Counted from the first letter of the stretch, positions 18,719-28,852 are shown. The stretch is 64,000 bases of DNA from Chlamydiales bacterium (GCA_022601445.1 JAJACP010000004.1:23300-87299), one strand, 5' to 3'. Notes: generated by a model not told the origin, from the letters alone. A program made the numbers and translations.

Positions 18719-18878
18719 GGTTTTTCGGGCACGGGCGCGGGCGCGTGGATTAAGTGAGTTTTGTGGGTTGTTTTGGATTCATAGTGGTTTGTTGGTTTTT
18801 CGGGAGCAGACATGTTTGTTTAGTGGAGTATGATATCCCTCTAGCAAATATTGAGCAAACTTGGTATCAAGGTTCTGC

Positions 18879-20636
18879 ATGGTTAATCGCACAAAAATTG
18901 TCTGTACAATGGGTCCTGCTGTCGCCTCGTCTGAAAAGATTGAGGAGCTAATTGATGCGGGCATGAACGTGGCACGCCTCAACTTCAGCCACGGTTCCCA
19001 CGAGGAGCATGGTAAAGTCATTGCTCTGCTCAAAGAAGCCCGAGAGAAAAAGAAGATTCCTCTTGCCATCATGCTCGATACTAAAGGACCGGAAATCCGA
19101 CTGGGTAAGCTTAAAAAAGAAAATCTTCCTTTAAAGGTGGGGTCCCACATCTGGTTGGTCAAGGATGAAGTGGAAGGGGACTGCGATCAAATCACCGTCA
19201 CCCCTCCTGTCGCATTGGAAGGCCTAGAAAAAGAGATGTTCATTCTGCTAGATGATGGCTACATCATCACCCACATCGTAGAGGTCAGCTCAAGAGGTGT
19301 TAAGGTTGAAGTGGATCATGGAGGTGAAATCCGCTCTTTGCGCGGGGTAAATATCCCAGGCACTGAAGTAGATCTCCCTCCAATGACCGAAAAAGATATC
19401 GAAGATATCCGTTTTGGTTGCCAGCAAGATGTCGATTTAATTGCCGCCTCTTTCATTCGCTCTGCGGATCACGTCATCACCATCAAAAAATTGCTAGAAG
19501 AAGAGGGTAAGCACGACATAGACGTCATTGCAAAAATTGAAAGCAGACAGGGTGTTCAGAATTTTGACAGCATCGTTCAAATCGCCGATGGTATTATGGT
19601 GGCTCGGGGGGATTTGGGCGTTGAAATGCCGCTTACGCATGTTCCCCGCCTTCAAAAAATGATGATTCGCAAAAGTTACTTAGCAGCAAAGCCTTCTGTT
19701 ACTGCCACTCAAATGCTGGAGTCGATGATAGTCAATCCACGTCCAACACGCGCTGAGGCTTCGGACGTGGCGAATGCCATCTACGATAGCACCTCAGCTG
19801 TGATGCTTTCAGGGGAAACGGCTGTGGGGAACTACCCGATTGAGGTGGTGAAGGTGATGAATGCGATCATTACTGAAACTGAGGGGGATTTCAGCTATTA
19901 CGAGTTTTTCAAGCATGGGACGCAGCGGGTTTTCTACGATGTTCCCTCCTCTGTTACGCAAGCGAGTGTCAACACAGCTTATAGTGCAAATGCGAAGGCC
20001 ATTTTTGCCTTTACAACAAGCGGATCAACAGCGCGTCTTCTCTCCCGCCTGCGCCCTGAGATGCCTATTATTGCCATGACTCCTAGCCTTAAGGTCTATC
20101 ATCAGCTGGCGATCTGCTGGGGGGTGATTCCACTCCTCTGTGGAGAGGTGCATGATATTGAAGATGCCAAAAAATGGATCAGCTCCTTTGCGCTTGAGAA
20201 GGGGATTGTACAGTATGGTGATTTAGTGGTCATCACTGCGGGTACTCCCTTTGGTCGGGCTGGCACGACTAACATGATGATTGTGGATAGTATCGGGGAT
20301 GTTTTGGTACGTGGAAGTGAGGGCGAGGGAGGGCGTGTTCATGGTAAGGTTGTTCTCCACCCTTCTCCAGATGAGCATGAGTATACTGTTCGGGGTAAAA
20401 TCATTGTATTGAATAGTTGCGATGAGAGTGATTTGCCTCTTTTAAAGAGTGCTGCGGGTGTGGTGATGCAGAATCATGTTGATGACACTGATTCTGAGCG
20501 GTATCTGAAGAAGATGGCAGCCCAGCTTGATCTGCCTTTTGTGCTGCGAGCTGAGGGAGCCAGCGAGGTGCTCCGTGATGGACAGCTTGTCACTCTCGAC
20601 CCTTCCGGAGCTCTGGTTTACAAAGGAATCATCTAG
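18879..20636 (+). CDS. pyk: Pyruvate kinase with C-terminal PEP-utilizer-like extension
   Basis: Motifs NFSHGSHEEH, DTKGPEIR and MVARGDLGVE. The likely start is the ATG at 18879 (MVNRTKIVCTMGPA); the ORF track begins at an upstream TTG at 18861. About 110 extra C-terminal residues resemble the mobile PEP-utilizer domain seen in Bacillus-type PK. Confidence 0.95.
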   Translation: MVNRTKIVCTMGPAVASSEKIEELIDAGMNVARLNFSHGSHEEHGKVIALLKEAREKKKIPLAIMLDTKGPEIRLGKLKKENLPLKVGSHIWLVKDEVEGDCDQITVTPPVALEGLEKEMFILLDDGYIITHIVEVSSRGVKVEVDHGGEIRSLRGVNIPGTEVDLPPMTEKDIEDIRFGCQQDVDLIAASFIRSADHVITIKKLLEEEGKHDIDVIAKIESRQGVQNFDSIVQIADGIMVARGDLGVEMPLTHVPRLQKMMIRKSYLAAKPSVTATQMLESMIVNPRPTRAEASDVANAIYDSTSAVMLSGETAVGNYPIEVVKVMNAIITETEGDFSYYEFFKHGTQRVFYDVPSSVTQASVNTAYSANAKAIFAFTTSGSTARLLSRLRPEMPIIAMTPSLKVYHQLAICWGVIPLLCGEVHDIEDAKKWISSFALEKGIVQYGDLVVITAGTPFGRAGTTNMMIVDSIGDVLVRGSEGEGGRVHGKVVLHPSPDEHEYTVRGKIIVLNSCDESDLPLLKSAAGVVMQNHVDDTDSERYLKKMAAQLDLPFVLRAEGASEVLRDGQLVTLDPSGALVYKGII

Positions 20637-21312
20637 CAGCATAAATTTGAGAAAGAGCGGCTAGAGGCGCAGTATCTGTTCTCAAAATCCAAGGATGGAG
20701 CTTCACGCCTCTTACACCCAAAGTCTCCAGAATTCGCTCCTCTTCTGACGTAAAACCCGCCTCAGGACCCACAAAAAAGTGGAGACCTTCCTTCTTTTGT
20801 AAAACGGAGAGAAAGGGAGGAGCCCTTTCAGCTAGTGAGCCGTAGTAGGCAGCAAAGTTAAGCTCCCTCCACTGAGCAAGCGGGGGCTTGATCTGAATGG
20901 AGGGAAGATCTAGACGGCCACACTGTTTCATGGCCGCAACGGTAATCTGCTTGACCCGCTTATACTGATTAGCTGTGAGCTCTTTTTTCTCGCTACGCTG
21001 TCCAGGGAAAAGCCAGAGTTCGGTCATCCCTAGCTCTGTTCCTTTTTCTACAATGGTGTCGAGTCGGTTTAGGCGAGGAATCGCTTGGCATAGAATCACG
21101 GGAGAGGGTGGAGTGTGTTCATTTAGCTCCATAATCTCAGCGGTTTGTGCAGACTTGATCACGGCTTGTGCCAGTTGATTGCGTCCGTTGACCAGCTCGA
21201 TCGGATCACCCTTGTGGAGCCGCATCACTTTGAGGTGGCGCGCTTCTTCTTGCATATCGACTTCTATGTGGAGGGCAAAGGGGGTATCTACGTAGAAACG
21301 GTTATGGGGCAT
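20629..21312 (-). CDS. rsmE: 16S rRNA (uracil1498-N3)-methyltransferase RsmE
   Basis: 227 aa with N-terminal NRFYV and C-terminal FFVGPEAGFTSEEE...LHPWILRTDTAPLAAL, typical of the RsmE SPOUT family. Confidence 0.85.
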   Translation of the reverse strand: MPHNRFYVDTPFALHIEVDMQEEARHLKVMRLHKGDPIELVNGRNQLAQAVIKSAQTAEIMELNEHTPPSPVILCQAIPRLNRLDTIVEKGTELGMTELWLFPGQRSEKKELTANQYKRVKQITVAAMKQCGRLDLPSIQIKPPLAQWRELNFAAYYGSLAERAPPFLSVLQKKEGLHFFVGPEAGFTSEEERILETLGVRGVKLHPWILRTDTAPLAALSQIYAAR

Positions 21313-22493
21313 TCGGGTTTTACCAAGGTTTGGATAATCTTTTCTTGCTCTTGAGGGAGGTGGATCGCTTTGAAGGCACCCAGTTTGCGGTAGTGCTTAC
21401 GTAGGTGAGGCAAATCATAAAAATCAAGCACGAGCTGATAGCGCCAATCACGAACAAAGAGATCCTCTTCTTTTTCGTAAGGGTGCACCTCTTCACCTGG
21501 GATAGAACACCCTTTTTTGGTAAAGAAAGTGAGAAAACTTTTGGGATAAATCTTTCTTAAAACAGGAATGATCTCCAGGTTAGGTTTAGGGGGAAGAACA
21601 ACCAGGATAAACCCATACCGGTAGATCCTTTTTACATGGTTGACACCCTGCTGTTTCCACCGATCATGTACCCACATCCATTGCTCCGGGCACTCTTGGA
21701 TGCTTGTTTCGAGCCGCTCCATGGCCAGGTCCATCATACGTGGAACATCTTCTTTAATCGAGACTTTGGAATTGGGCCAGATAGGTGCAGAGCCTTTGAT
21801 TTCATAACGGCGGCCCACTCTTTTGGTCGTACCTACGACAATGGGACATCCCGTTTTATGGGCTAGAAGGGCAGGGGAAGAGGCTGTCCACGCTCTAGTA
21901 CCAAAAAGAGGATAGGAGTAGGGGCTACTGGGAAAGGCTTGATCACCCACAATGCCCAAAAATTCTCCTCTTTTTAACGCGCGCATCCCTTGATGAATGG
22001 CGCTTTTGGTCATGACAATCTTCCCACCGCACATCTCACGTACAGAGAGAACCCAACGGTAGAGGCGTTGATTTTTGATGGGACGACCAATGGCAATGCC
22101 TGGAAAGCGGGCGGTGACAGCCAAAAAAGGAATTTCCCAGTTCGCTTGATGGGCACTAAGAAAAATCACTCCCTGCTTTTTCTTCAACAAATCCGCAATT
22201 TCGCTCCTCTCTTCCAGTGTAATCAGTTGATCTAGGCGACTTTTTTTCAGATAGAAAAACTCAAGCAGTGTCACCAATAAATTTTGAAAAGAGGCAATGG
22301 CCAGTTTTTTCCGCTCTTTTTCGCTCTTTGTCTTACCATAAGCAATGGCCAGATTGGTCAACGCTTTTTTGCGAAAAGAGCGGTGAAGATAAAAAGCGAG
22401 CCATCCCGTAAATTGCCCAAAAGCAAATAGAGCTCTATGGGGCAGAAGCGCAATAAAAAAGCCAAAAAAACGGATAAAAAAATAGCTAATCAT
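21288..22493 (-). CDS. Lipid A biosynthesis late acyltransferase family protein (LpxL/HtrB-like) with a roughly 110-aa C-terminal extension
   Basis: N-terminal membrane anchor, an HX4E acyltransferase motif (SAHQANWE), and overall length and pattern of the PF03279-type family. Confidence 0.8.
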   Translation of the reverse strand: MISYFFIRFFGFFIALLPHRALFAFGQFTGWLAFYLHRSFRKKALTNLAIAYGKTKSEKERKKLAIASFQNLLVTLLEFFYLKKSRLDQLITLEERSEIADLLKKKQGVIFLSAHQANWEIPFLAVTARFPGIAIGRPIKNQRLYRWVLSVREMCGGKIVMTKSAIHQGMRALKRGEFLGIVGDQAFPSSPYSYPLFGTRAWTASSPALLAHKTGCPIVVGTTKRVGRRYEIKGSAPIWPNSKVSIKEDVPRMMDLAMERLETSIQECPEQWMWVHDRWKQQGVNHVKRIYRYGFILVVLPPKPNLEIIPVLRKIYPKSFLTFFTKKGCSIPGEEVHPYEKEEDLFVRDWRYQLVLDFYDLPHLRKHYRKLGAFKAIHLPQEQEKIIQTLVKPECPITVST

Positions 22494-23563
22494 AAGGTTA
22501 AACGAACAATTTTATCCAATTGCTTAGAAAAATCCAACTCTTTAATACTCTGACGGATTCGAGAGGCGCTTTCGGGAGTTTTCGGAAATTGCAGAGCGCG
22601 CGCTAGCGCCTCTTGAGGTTGGTTCAAATTTTGTATTAAGGTGCCGCTTTGCTCTCCTAGCACCTCATGTCCTCCATTGAATGTGGAGGAGACAACAAAA
22701 AGCCCCATGGCGAGTGCTTCTAGAGTGACATTGGAGAAGGGGTCGTAGATGGAAGGAATAACCAGGGCATCGGCTGCTTGATAAAAAGGTGTCACCTCTT
22801 TTTGAGATCCAACAAAGCGCACAGGGAGTCCATACGCTAACTTTTTATAGTAAGAAAGGTTTTTATCTTTTCCGACTACGGTAAGTTGGAAAGGAGCTTG
22901 AAAAGTGGCCAGTCCTTTCAGCAGAAACTCGAGTCCTTTCCGTTTAAAGCCATTTCCCACGAAAAGAAAGTGATAGGGGCCTGAGCGTGGTTTTTGAAAA
23001 GTTGCCTGAAAAGGCGCTTCTTTTTCTGTCCACTCGACGCCATTGTGCACGACGTGGATCTTTTCAGCAGGTGTCGCGTAAGTATCCAGAATTTCTCGTT
23101 TCACCAGATGAGAATTGGTAAAAAGCGCTTGAAGGGTAGGGGCCTCAAACGCGTTTTTTTCCACCTGTAGGAGGTAGCGATGCAGGGGATTAAATCGAAA
23201 TGAGAGGCGTTTGAACCAAGAGTCTGTTAAAAGACGACGTTTAAGATAGCAAGCGTGTACCCCACTTCCTGCCCTGTAATGGGTTTGATAAGAGGTGCGC
23301 TCCATGCCAAAAACAACTTCTTGAGGGTGTTTTTGGAGCCATTTTTTGCAGAGAAGATCAAACCGACGTAGGTGGTAGAGGGAAAATTTCGAGGTAGGAG
23401 CCAGAGAAATGACTTCAATAGAATTCCAAGAAGAAGGCTCTCCGGTAGTTAAGATTGTTACTGCGCACCCTTTTTTTTCAAAGGCCTCAGCTAGGCGGCG
23501 CGTGTACTTTTCTAAGCCTCCTCTGTGGGATAGGCGACTTTTTAGCAGGACGACAGAGGTCAT
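22490..23563 (-). CDS. Glycosyltransferase, family 1 (GT-B fold), probably LPS-core related
   Basis: C-terminal GT1 signature region (PSIYDPFSNVTLEALAMGLFVVSS). It overlaps neighbouring genes by 4 nt in an operon with the lpxL-like gene. Confidence 0.85.
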   Translation of the reverse strand: MTSVVLLKSRLSHRGGLEKYTRRLAEAFEKKGCAVTILTTGEPSSWNSIEVISLAPTSKFSLYHLRRFDLLCKKWLQKHPQEVVFGMERTSYQTHYRAGSGVHACYLKRRLLTDSWFKRLSFRFNPLHRYLLQVEKNAFEAPTLQALFTNSHLVKREILDTYATPAEKIHVVHNGVEWTEKEAPFQATFQKPRSGPYHFLFVGNGFKRKGLEFLLKGLATFQAPFQLTVVGKDKNLSYYKKLAYGLPVRFVGSQKEVTPFYQAADALVIPSIYDPFSNVTLEALAMGLFVVSSTFNGGHEVLGEQSGTLIQNLNQPQEALARALQFPKTPESASRIRQSIKELDFSKQLDKIVRLTL

Positions 23564-24819
23564 GGATTTTCTTGTGTGATCGTGATCGTGCTCGCATTGA
23601 GGTGAGCATTGAGTTGGATAGGGAGGCCATCTTCTGTATACAAAACCAGATTGCGCAAGTAGTCCCGGAAACGGTAGCGAATGGCCTGTTCACTATATTT
23701 GGTGAAGTTTTCTTCTTCTGCAAACTTCTCTTTAACAAGCTGCGAAGAGGCCTCAACAAAGGCATCTTCCAGGGCTTTTTCATCGATAAATTCAACAGCC
23801 CAATGCAAGTCCTCTTCCACACTCTCTGGAGCCGCAACAATAATGAGCAAAAGGTTGTCGCGGACGACATCGAGAAAGAGTCGGCTCACATCCCGAACAT
23901 AGAGAGGAATGGTTAGACGTTTCAATCCGCTCTTTTTTTGGACAATTTCATTGGTTGCCAGAGAGTAGGTTTGAGGATTGATCGTATTGCTGTACTTCAG
24001 GGGAAAAAAGATGGTGATCGGAAGCTCACTACCAAGGGGGATCAGTTCTTGTTTCAGAAAATCGATACGTAAGAGGTCAGCTCGGGGATCATTGACCGCC
24101 TCTAGCGTATTTTCTTTGAACGGAATCGCCACTTTTTTCCACGCGTCAGGGATTTTAAAGGTGATTTCGTCCCGTTTTCCCTGCCTGTTGTAGAGACTCT
24201 CCAATTCACTTTGCGAAATGCGATTCAGGTTGAGAGTTAAATCCAAACCACGCTCTTTCAGCGCGCGCACTTGCTCTTCAGGACCGCTTATTTTTTGTCT
24301 CAGCCGCTTGGGCCATATGTCAAGAAACTGAAACCCCTTAGGAGGATCACCAATTGGTTTGGTGACGATAATCGGGATTTCTTCGGTAATTAACTTACTT
24401 AATTTAATATAGATATCGTTTGCTGAAACATCAGTGATCGATTTTTGAAGATCAAAATCTTGATTCATGCTGACGACATTACGCTTGTCAATGGTAGCGA
24501 TCCAGCTCTCTTTTTGGCCATCGGCGTTGATCACAATCTCAATATCTGTGGGGCGCAAATCTTTTACGACTGATTTACTCCCCGTGACGGCGATGGAAAC
24601 GCGCTTGTTAAGCAGGCCATTGGGCAAAAGACCGACAACCGTTTTGTCAGAGGGGAGGTTCACAATACGAATGGGAACATCAGGAATCGTCTGTGTGATT
24701 GTGATGGTTTGATTGACGAGAAACCAGACAAATACAGCTGTTAGCATGGCAACGAGTTTGCGAGGCCAGTTGGTGACAAAGAGCCTTTTTAAGAGTTCAC
24801 TCATTTCCACCACCTCCAC
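23560..24819 (-). CDS. cdaR: YbbR-domain protein (CdaR-type regulator of diadenylate cyclase)
   Basis: N-terminal TM helix after LFVTNWPRKLVAMLTAVFVWFLV, repeated beta-rich YbbR-like modules, and a position immediately downstream of cdaA. Confidence 0.8.
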   Translation of the reverse strand: MEVVEMSELLKRLFVTNWPRKLVAMLTAVFVWFLVNQTITITQTIPDVPIRIVNLPSDKTVVGLLPNGLLNKRVSIAVTGSKSVVKDLRPTDIEIVINADGQKESWIATIDKRNVVSMNQDFDLQKSITDVSANDIYIKLSKLITEEIPIIVTKPIGDPPKGFQFLDIWPKRLRQKISGPEEQVRALKERGLDLTLNLNRISQSELESLYNRQGKRDEITFKIPDAWKKVAIPFKENTLEAVNDPRADLLRIDFLKQELIPLGSELPITIFFPLKYSNTINPQTYSLATNEIVQKKSGLKRLTIPLYVRDVSRLFLDVVRDNLLLIIVAAPESVEEDLHWAVEFIDEKALEDAFVEASSQLVKEKFAEEENFTKYSEQAIRYRFRDYLRNLVLYTEDGLPIQLNAHLNASTITITQENP

Positions 24820-25586
24820 AGCTTGAACTTACTGGTTAGCTCGGGAGGGGTAAAGATACTACGCACAATACCTCGGAAGCGGTCCATTTTCACACCACGG
24901 GTCAAGATGCCATCGCGCGCGATTGAAACTTTGCCGGTCTCCTCAGAAACAACAATGATCAATGCATCAGTTTTTTGGCTGGCTCCCAAAGCGGCGCGGT
25001 GGCGAGTTCCCATTGACTTGGCTAATTGGGCTGTTTCATGGGCAAGAGGTAAAATTGTTCCTGCGGCCGTAATCTTGGTTCCTTGAATGACAACAGCACC
25101 ATCGTGAAGGGGGGTGGTTGTCATAAAGATAGATTCGAGAAGCTCTGAGGAGAAGTTAGCGTTCATCGGCACAGCTGAGCTCGCATATTCTTCATACGTA
25201 TCTTGATTTTCAAGGACAATTAAGGCTCCAATTTGTTTGTCTGAGAAACGGTAAACCGATTTGGTCAAACTCTCTAAAAAGAGATCAAATTCGTGAATTT
25301 CTCTGTACTTTCTCCCTTTGATGCGGATCTTTGAAAGGGCCAAGCGGATTTCGGGTTGAAAAATGATAAAGACCGCCAAGACCGCGACATTCACTACATT
25401 GAGCATCAACTTTTCTAAAACAGGAAAGCCAAACCAACTGGCAAGAAAGAAAACGAAAAGAAAGGCAAGAAAACCGAAGACAACATCCATGGCCCTGGTT
25501 CCCCAAAAAAACTTGAGGAGATAGTTAAGCATCACCCAAATGATGACAATCTCGACAACGGGAATCAGAAAGTTTAGAAAAAGCAT
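24801..25586 (-). CDS. cdaA: Diadenylate cyclase (c-di-AMP synthase) CdaA/DacA
   Basis: Three N-terminal TM helices followed by a DAC domain with TPLHDGAVVI and GTRHRAALGASQKTDALIIVVSEETG. Confidence 0.9.
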   Translation of the reverse strand: MLFLNFLIPVVEIVIIWVMLNYLLKFFWGTRAMDVVFGFLAFLFVFFLASWFGFPVLEKLMLNVVNVAVLAVFIIFQPEIRLALSKIRIKGRKYREIHEFDLFLESLTKSVYRFSDKQIGALIVLENQDTYEEYASSAVPMNANFSSELLESIFMTTTPLHDGAVVIQGTKITAAGTILPLAHETAQLAKSMGTRHRAALGASQKTDALIIVVSEETGKVSIARDGILTRGVKMDRFRGIVRSIFTPPELTSKFKLWRWWK

Positions 25587-26402
25587 CTAGTCTTCTATAG
25601 CGTCCATGGTTTCAAGAACCGTTAAAATCAGGCGGTGTTCGGCAACATCATGCACACGTAAATAGGCCACGCCCTCAAGTGCGCTCATTGTATTGAGGGC
25701 AAGAGTTGTTGACAAGAGTTGTGATGCCTCTTTTTTAAGAATTTTTTGTAAAAAGGACTTCCGAGAAAGAGAGATTAAAACAGGAAAATCCAGAGAGCAA
25801 AAAGCTTTCAGATTCTTAAGGATTTGTAAGCTCTGTTGCGGCGTTTTACCAAAACTCCCTCCTCCAATACCTGGATCTAAAATGATTTGGGAGGGATCCA
25901 CTCCCTCTTCAATTAGGAGCGTTGCCTGTTGCGTTAGAAAAGAGCAAATTTCTGAAACCACTCCATTGGGATACGAGGGAGTTGGACAAGAGTGAGGAGA
26001 GCCCTTTGCATGCATGATGACAAGTTGAGCCCCACTTTGGATAGCTAACTGCCGCATTTCAGGATGCGTAAACCCCGTAATATCGTTGAGCATGTTGACA
26101 CCCGCTTTAAGTGCAGCGCGCGCGACGCCTGGTTTAAACGTGTCGATGGAAAGGGGAAGGTCTGAGTGCTTTCGAATCCCTTCCACAACAGGAATGACAC
26201 GTTCGAGCTCCTCCTCTTCGGAAACGCCTTTCGACTGAGGTGCTGTTGACTCGCCGCCAATATCAAGAATATTCGCCCCTTGCTCAAACAGGCTGAGTCC
26301 ATATTCAACAGCTTGATTGCAATCAAGATAGCGCCCCCCCTCGAAATAAGAGTCTGGGGTACAATTGAGAATTCCCATCAGTTGCGTTTGCGTTTTTTTC
26401 AT
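25587..26402 (-). CDS. folP: Dihydropteroate synthase
   Basis: GILNCTPDSYFEGG, DIGGESTAP, MLNDITG and the overall pterin-binding TIM-barrel pattern. Confidence 0.9.
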   Translation of the reverse strand: MKKTQTQLMGILNCTPDSYFEGGRYLDCNQAVEYGLSLFEQGANILDIGGESTAPQSKGVSEEEELERVIPVVEGIRKHSDLPLSIDTFKPGVARAALKAGVNMLNDITGFTHPEMRQLAIQSGAQLVIMHAKGSPHSCPTPSYPNGVVSEICSFLTQQATLLIEEGVDPSQIILDPGIGGGSFGKTPQQSLQILKNLKAFCSLDFPVLISLSRKSFLQKILKKEASQLLSTTLALNTMSALEGVAYLRVHDVAEHRLILTVLETMDAIED

Positions 26403-26449
26403 ACCTGAAGCATAGTGTTGTTAAGTCATTTTTTTCTTAGGATATTGCT

Positions 26450-27802
26450 ATGGACGTGGTCACTCTGTCCCGTATACAGTTTGGGATGAATATCGCCTTT
26501 CACTATCTTTTTCCCCCCTTAAGCATTGGCCTAGGTCTTATTCTGATCATCATGGAAGGAGCATATCTTAAAACAAAAAATCCTGTCTACGAGAGGATGA
26601 CGCGCTTTTGGGTAAAAGTCTTCGCAATTATTTTTGCTATTGGAGTTGCGACAGGGCTTGTACAAGTCTTTGCCTTTGGAACCAATTGGGCCAGTTTTTC
26701 ACGTTTTGTAGGTGATGTCTTTGGTAGCATGTTGGGAGCTGAAGGGATTTTTGCCTTCTTTTTAGAGTCAGGGTTTTTGGCTATTTTGCTTTTTGGGTGG
26801 AATCGGGTCAGCCACAAGGTGCACTTTTTCTCCACAATTATGGTGGCTGTAGGCGCGCATTTTAGTGCGGTTTGGATTGTGATCGCCAACTCGTGGATGC
26901 AAACGCCTGCCGGTTATAAAATTATTGGAGAAGGACCTGGGCAGCATGCTGTATTAGAAAGCTTTTGGGGAGCCATTACCAATCCTTCCAGTCTGGATCG
27001 GCTCGCACACGTTTTAATTGGAGCGTGGTTGACTGGTGCTTTTTTAGTTCTGAGCGTCAGCGCTTACTACCTTCTTAAACGACGCCATCTTGATTTTGCC
27101 AATAAGTCGTTTCGTATTGGGCTTTTAGTTGCTGCGGTTACCGTTATTTTACAGGGAATCTCAGGAGACTCAACGGGTAGAGGTGTGGCCAAAAATCAAC
27201 CGATCAAATTAGCTGCATTTGAAGGTGTTTACAAAACAACGACACCCACGAGCATGTGGGCCATTGGTTATATTGAGCCTGAAGAGAAAAAAGTGATTGG
27301 AATTCCGATTCCAGGTCTACTCTCTTTTTTGGTCTATCGCGATTTTTCTCAAGCCGTTCCTGGTTTAGATCAGTTTCCTCCTGAGTTATGGCCTCCTGTG
27401 GGTATTGTTTTTCAAACGTACCACGGCATGATTTTTATGTGGGGCTTTATGGCATTTGCTGCACTTTTGGGGGTGATTGCCTGGAAGAGGAAAAAGATTT
27501 TGGAGAGCAAGTGGACCCTACGTCTTTTAATCATTTCTATTCTCTTTCCTCAAATCGGAAATCAGTTAGGGTGGTATTCTGCTGAAATTGGGAGGCAGCC
27601 TTGGGTTGTGTATGGTCTACTCAAAACAAAAGATGGTGTCTCAAAGAATTTGGTACCCAGTCAGGTGATATTTTCACTGATTTTATTTGCATTTATTTAC
27701 CTTCTGATTTTCATTCTATTTATCTACTTAATGAATCGAAAAATTCAGCAAGGCCCCGAGGACGTAGAGCCAGATGAATACAGAGATCCCTACAAGTCAT
27801 GA
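26450..27802 (+). CDS. cydA: Cytochrome bd ubiquinol oxidase subunit I (short Q-loop type)
   Basis: N-terminal LSRIQFGMNIAFHYLFPPLSIG, the GRQPW motif (EIGRQPWVVYGL), and multiple TM segments. Confidence 0.95.
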   Translation: MDVVTLSRIQFGMNIAFHYLFPPLSIGLGLILIIMEGAYLKTKNPVYERMTRFWVKVFAIIFAIGVATGLVQVFAFGTNWASFSRFVGDVFGSMLGAEGIFAFFLESGFLAILLFGWNRVSHKVHFFSTIMVAVGAHFSAVWIVIANSWMQTPAGYKIIGEGPGQHAVLESFWGAITNPSSLDRLAHVLIGAWLTGAFLVLSVSAYYLLKRRHLDFANKSFRIGLLVAAVTVILQGISGDSTGRGVAKNQPIKLAAFEGVYKTTTPTSMWAIGYIEPEEKKVIGIPIPGLLSFLVYRDFSQAVPGLDQFPPELWPPVGIVFQTYHGMIFMWGFMAFAALLGVIAWKRKKILESKWTLRLLIISILFPQIGNQLGWYSAEIGRQPWVVYGLLKTKDGVSKNLVPSQVIFSLILFAFIYLLIFILFIYLMNRKIQQGPEDVEPDEYRDPYKS

Positions 27803-27811
27803 GGAAACGAT

Positions 27812-28852
27812 ATGGTTAGCGCAGTTGAATATGGATTTATGGTTTTTTGGTACATCATCGTCATCGCTGCGGTGGTCTGCTATGCCATGTTAGATGGGTT
27901 TGACTTAGGAGTGGGCTCTCTGCAGCTGTACACCAGAAAAGATGAGGAGAGGCGCATCTTTTTAAACGCAATAGGTCCGGTCTGGGATGGAAACGAAGTT
28001 TGGTTAGTGATTGTTGTGGGGGCTTTGTTTGCCGGTTTTCCATTCGCCTATGCGACTCTTTTTTCAGCTTTTTACATCCCGCTCTACTTACTCGTTTTTG
28101 CACTGATTTTCCGGGCAGTAGCCATTGAGTTTCGCAGTAAGCTACCTAAGAGGTGGTGGCGCTCCACGTGGGATACCCTCTTCTGTCTGGGGAGTGTGGG
28201 GATTGCGCTTTCAGTGGGAATCTCGCTTGGCAACCTAGTAGAGGGGATTCCTCTAGACGAGCATTTTCATTATACTGGCGGTGTCATCTTAACCTTTTTG
28301 CGCCCCTATCCCATTCTGGTTGGGATTTTAACCTTAGCTCTTTTTCAAATGCATGGAGCGATCTTTTTAATCATGAAAACGGAGGGCGAATTGCAGCAAA
28401 AGCTGATTCGTTGGCTCCGTCCCTGTATGATCTTTTTCATCATTACCTACGCCATCACCACATTTGTTACTCTCATCTATCAGGAGCACATGGTAGATGC
28501 CATTCGTGAACGTCCTTATCTATTTATCATTGCACTTGCCAACATGTTACTCATTGCCAACATTCCACGTGAAGTAGACAAGCACCACTACGGATGGGCG
28601 TTTATTTCCTCCTGTCTCAATATAGCTTTCCTATTGGTGCTCTATGCCATTGGGACCTTTCCTTATGTGATTCGTTCCAGCGTGGAACCGATCACGAACA
28701 GCATCACTGTTTTAAGTGCTGCTTCTTCTATGCATACTTTAGTGGTTTTATCTATTGTTGTGGCGATTGGACTGCCCCTGGTTTTCGCCTACGGCTTTTT
28801 CATCTACCGCATCTTTCGAGGTAAGGTTCAGATCGACCATCATAGCTATTAA
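27812..28852 (+). CDS. cydB: Cytochrome bd ubiquinol oxidase subunit II
   Basis: DGFDLGVG and WDGNEVWL motifs. Polytopic, and it begins 9 nt after cydA. Confidence 0.95.
   Translation: MVSAVEYGFMVFWYIIVIAAVVCYAMLDGFDLGVGSLQLYTRKDEERRIFLNAIGPVWDGNEVWLVIVVGALFAGFPFAYATLFSAFYIPLYLLVFALIFRAVAIEFRSKLPKRWWRSTWDTLFCLGSVGIALSVGISLGNLVEGIPLDEHFHYTGGVILTFLRPYPILVGILTLALFQMHGAIFLIMKTEGELQQKLIRWLRPCMIFFIITYAITTFVTLIYQEHMVDAIRERPYLFIIALANMLLIANIPREVDKHHYGWAFISSCLNIAFLLVLYAIGTFPYVIRSSVEPITNSITVLSAASSMHTLVVLSIVVAIGLPLVFAYGFFIYRIFRGKVQIDHHSY

Noticed and set aside
23455-23916. 153-aa plus-strand ORF
   Set aside because: It is antisense across the GT1 / cdaR junction, both of which have strong family motifs. 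It has no motif of its own.
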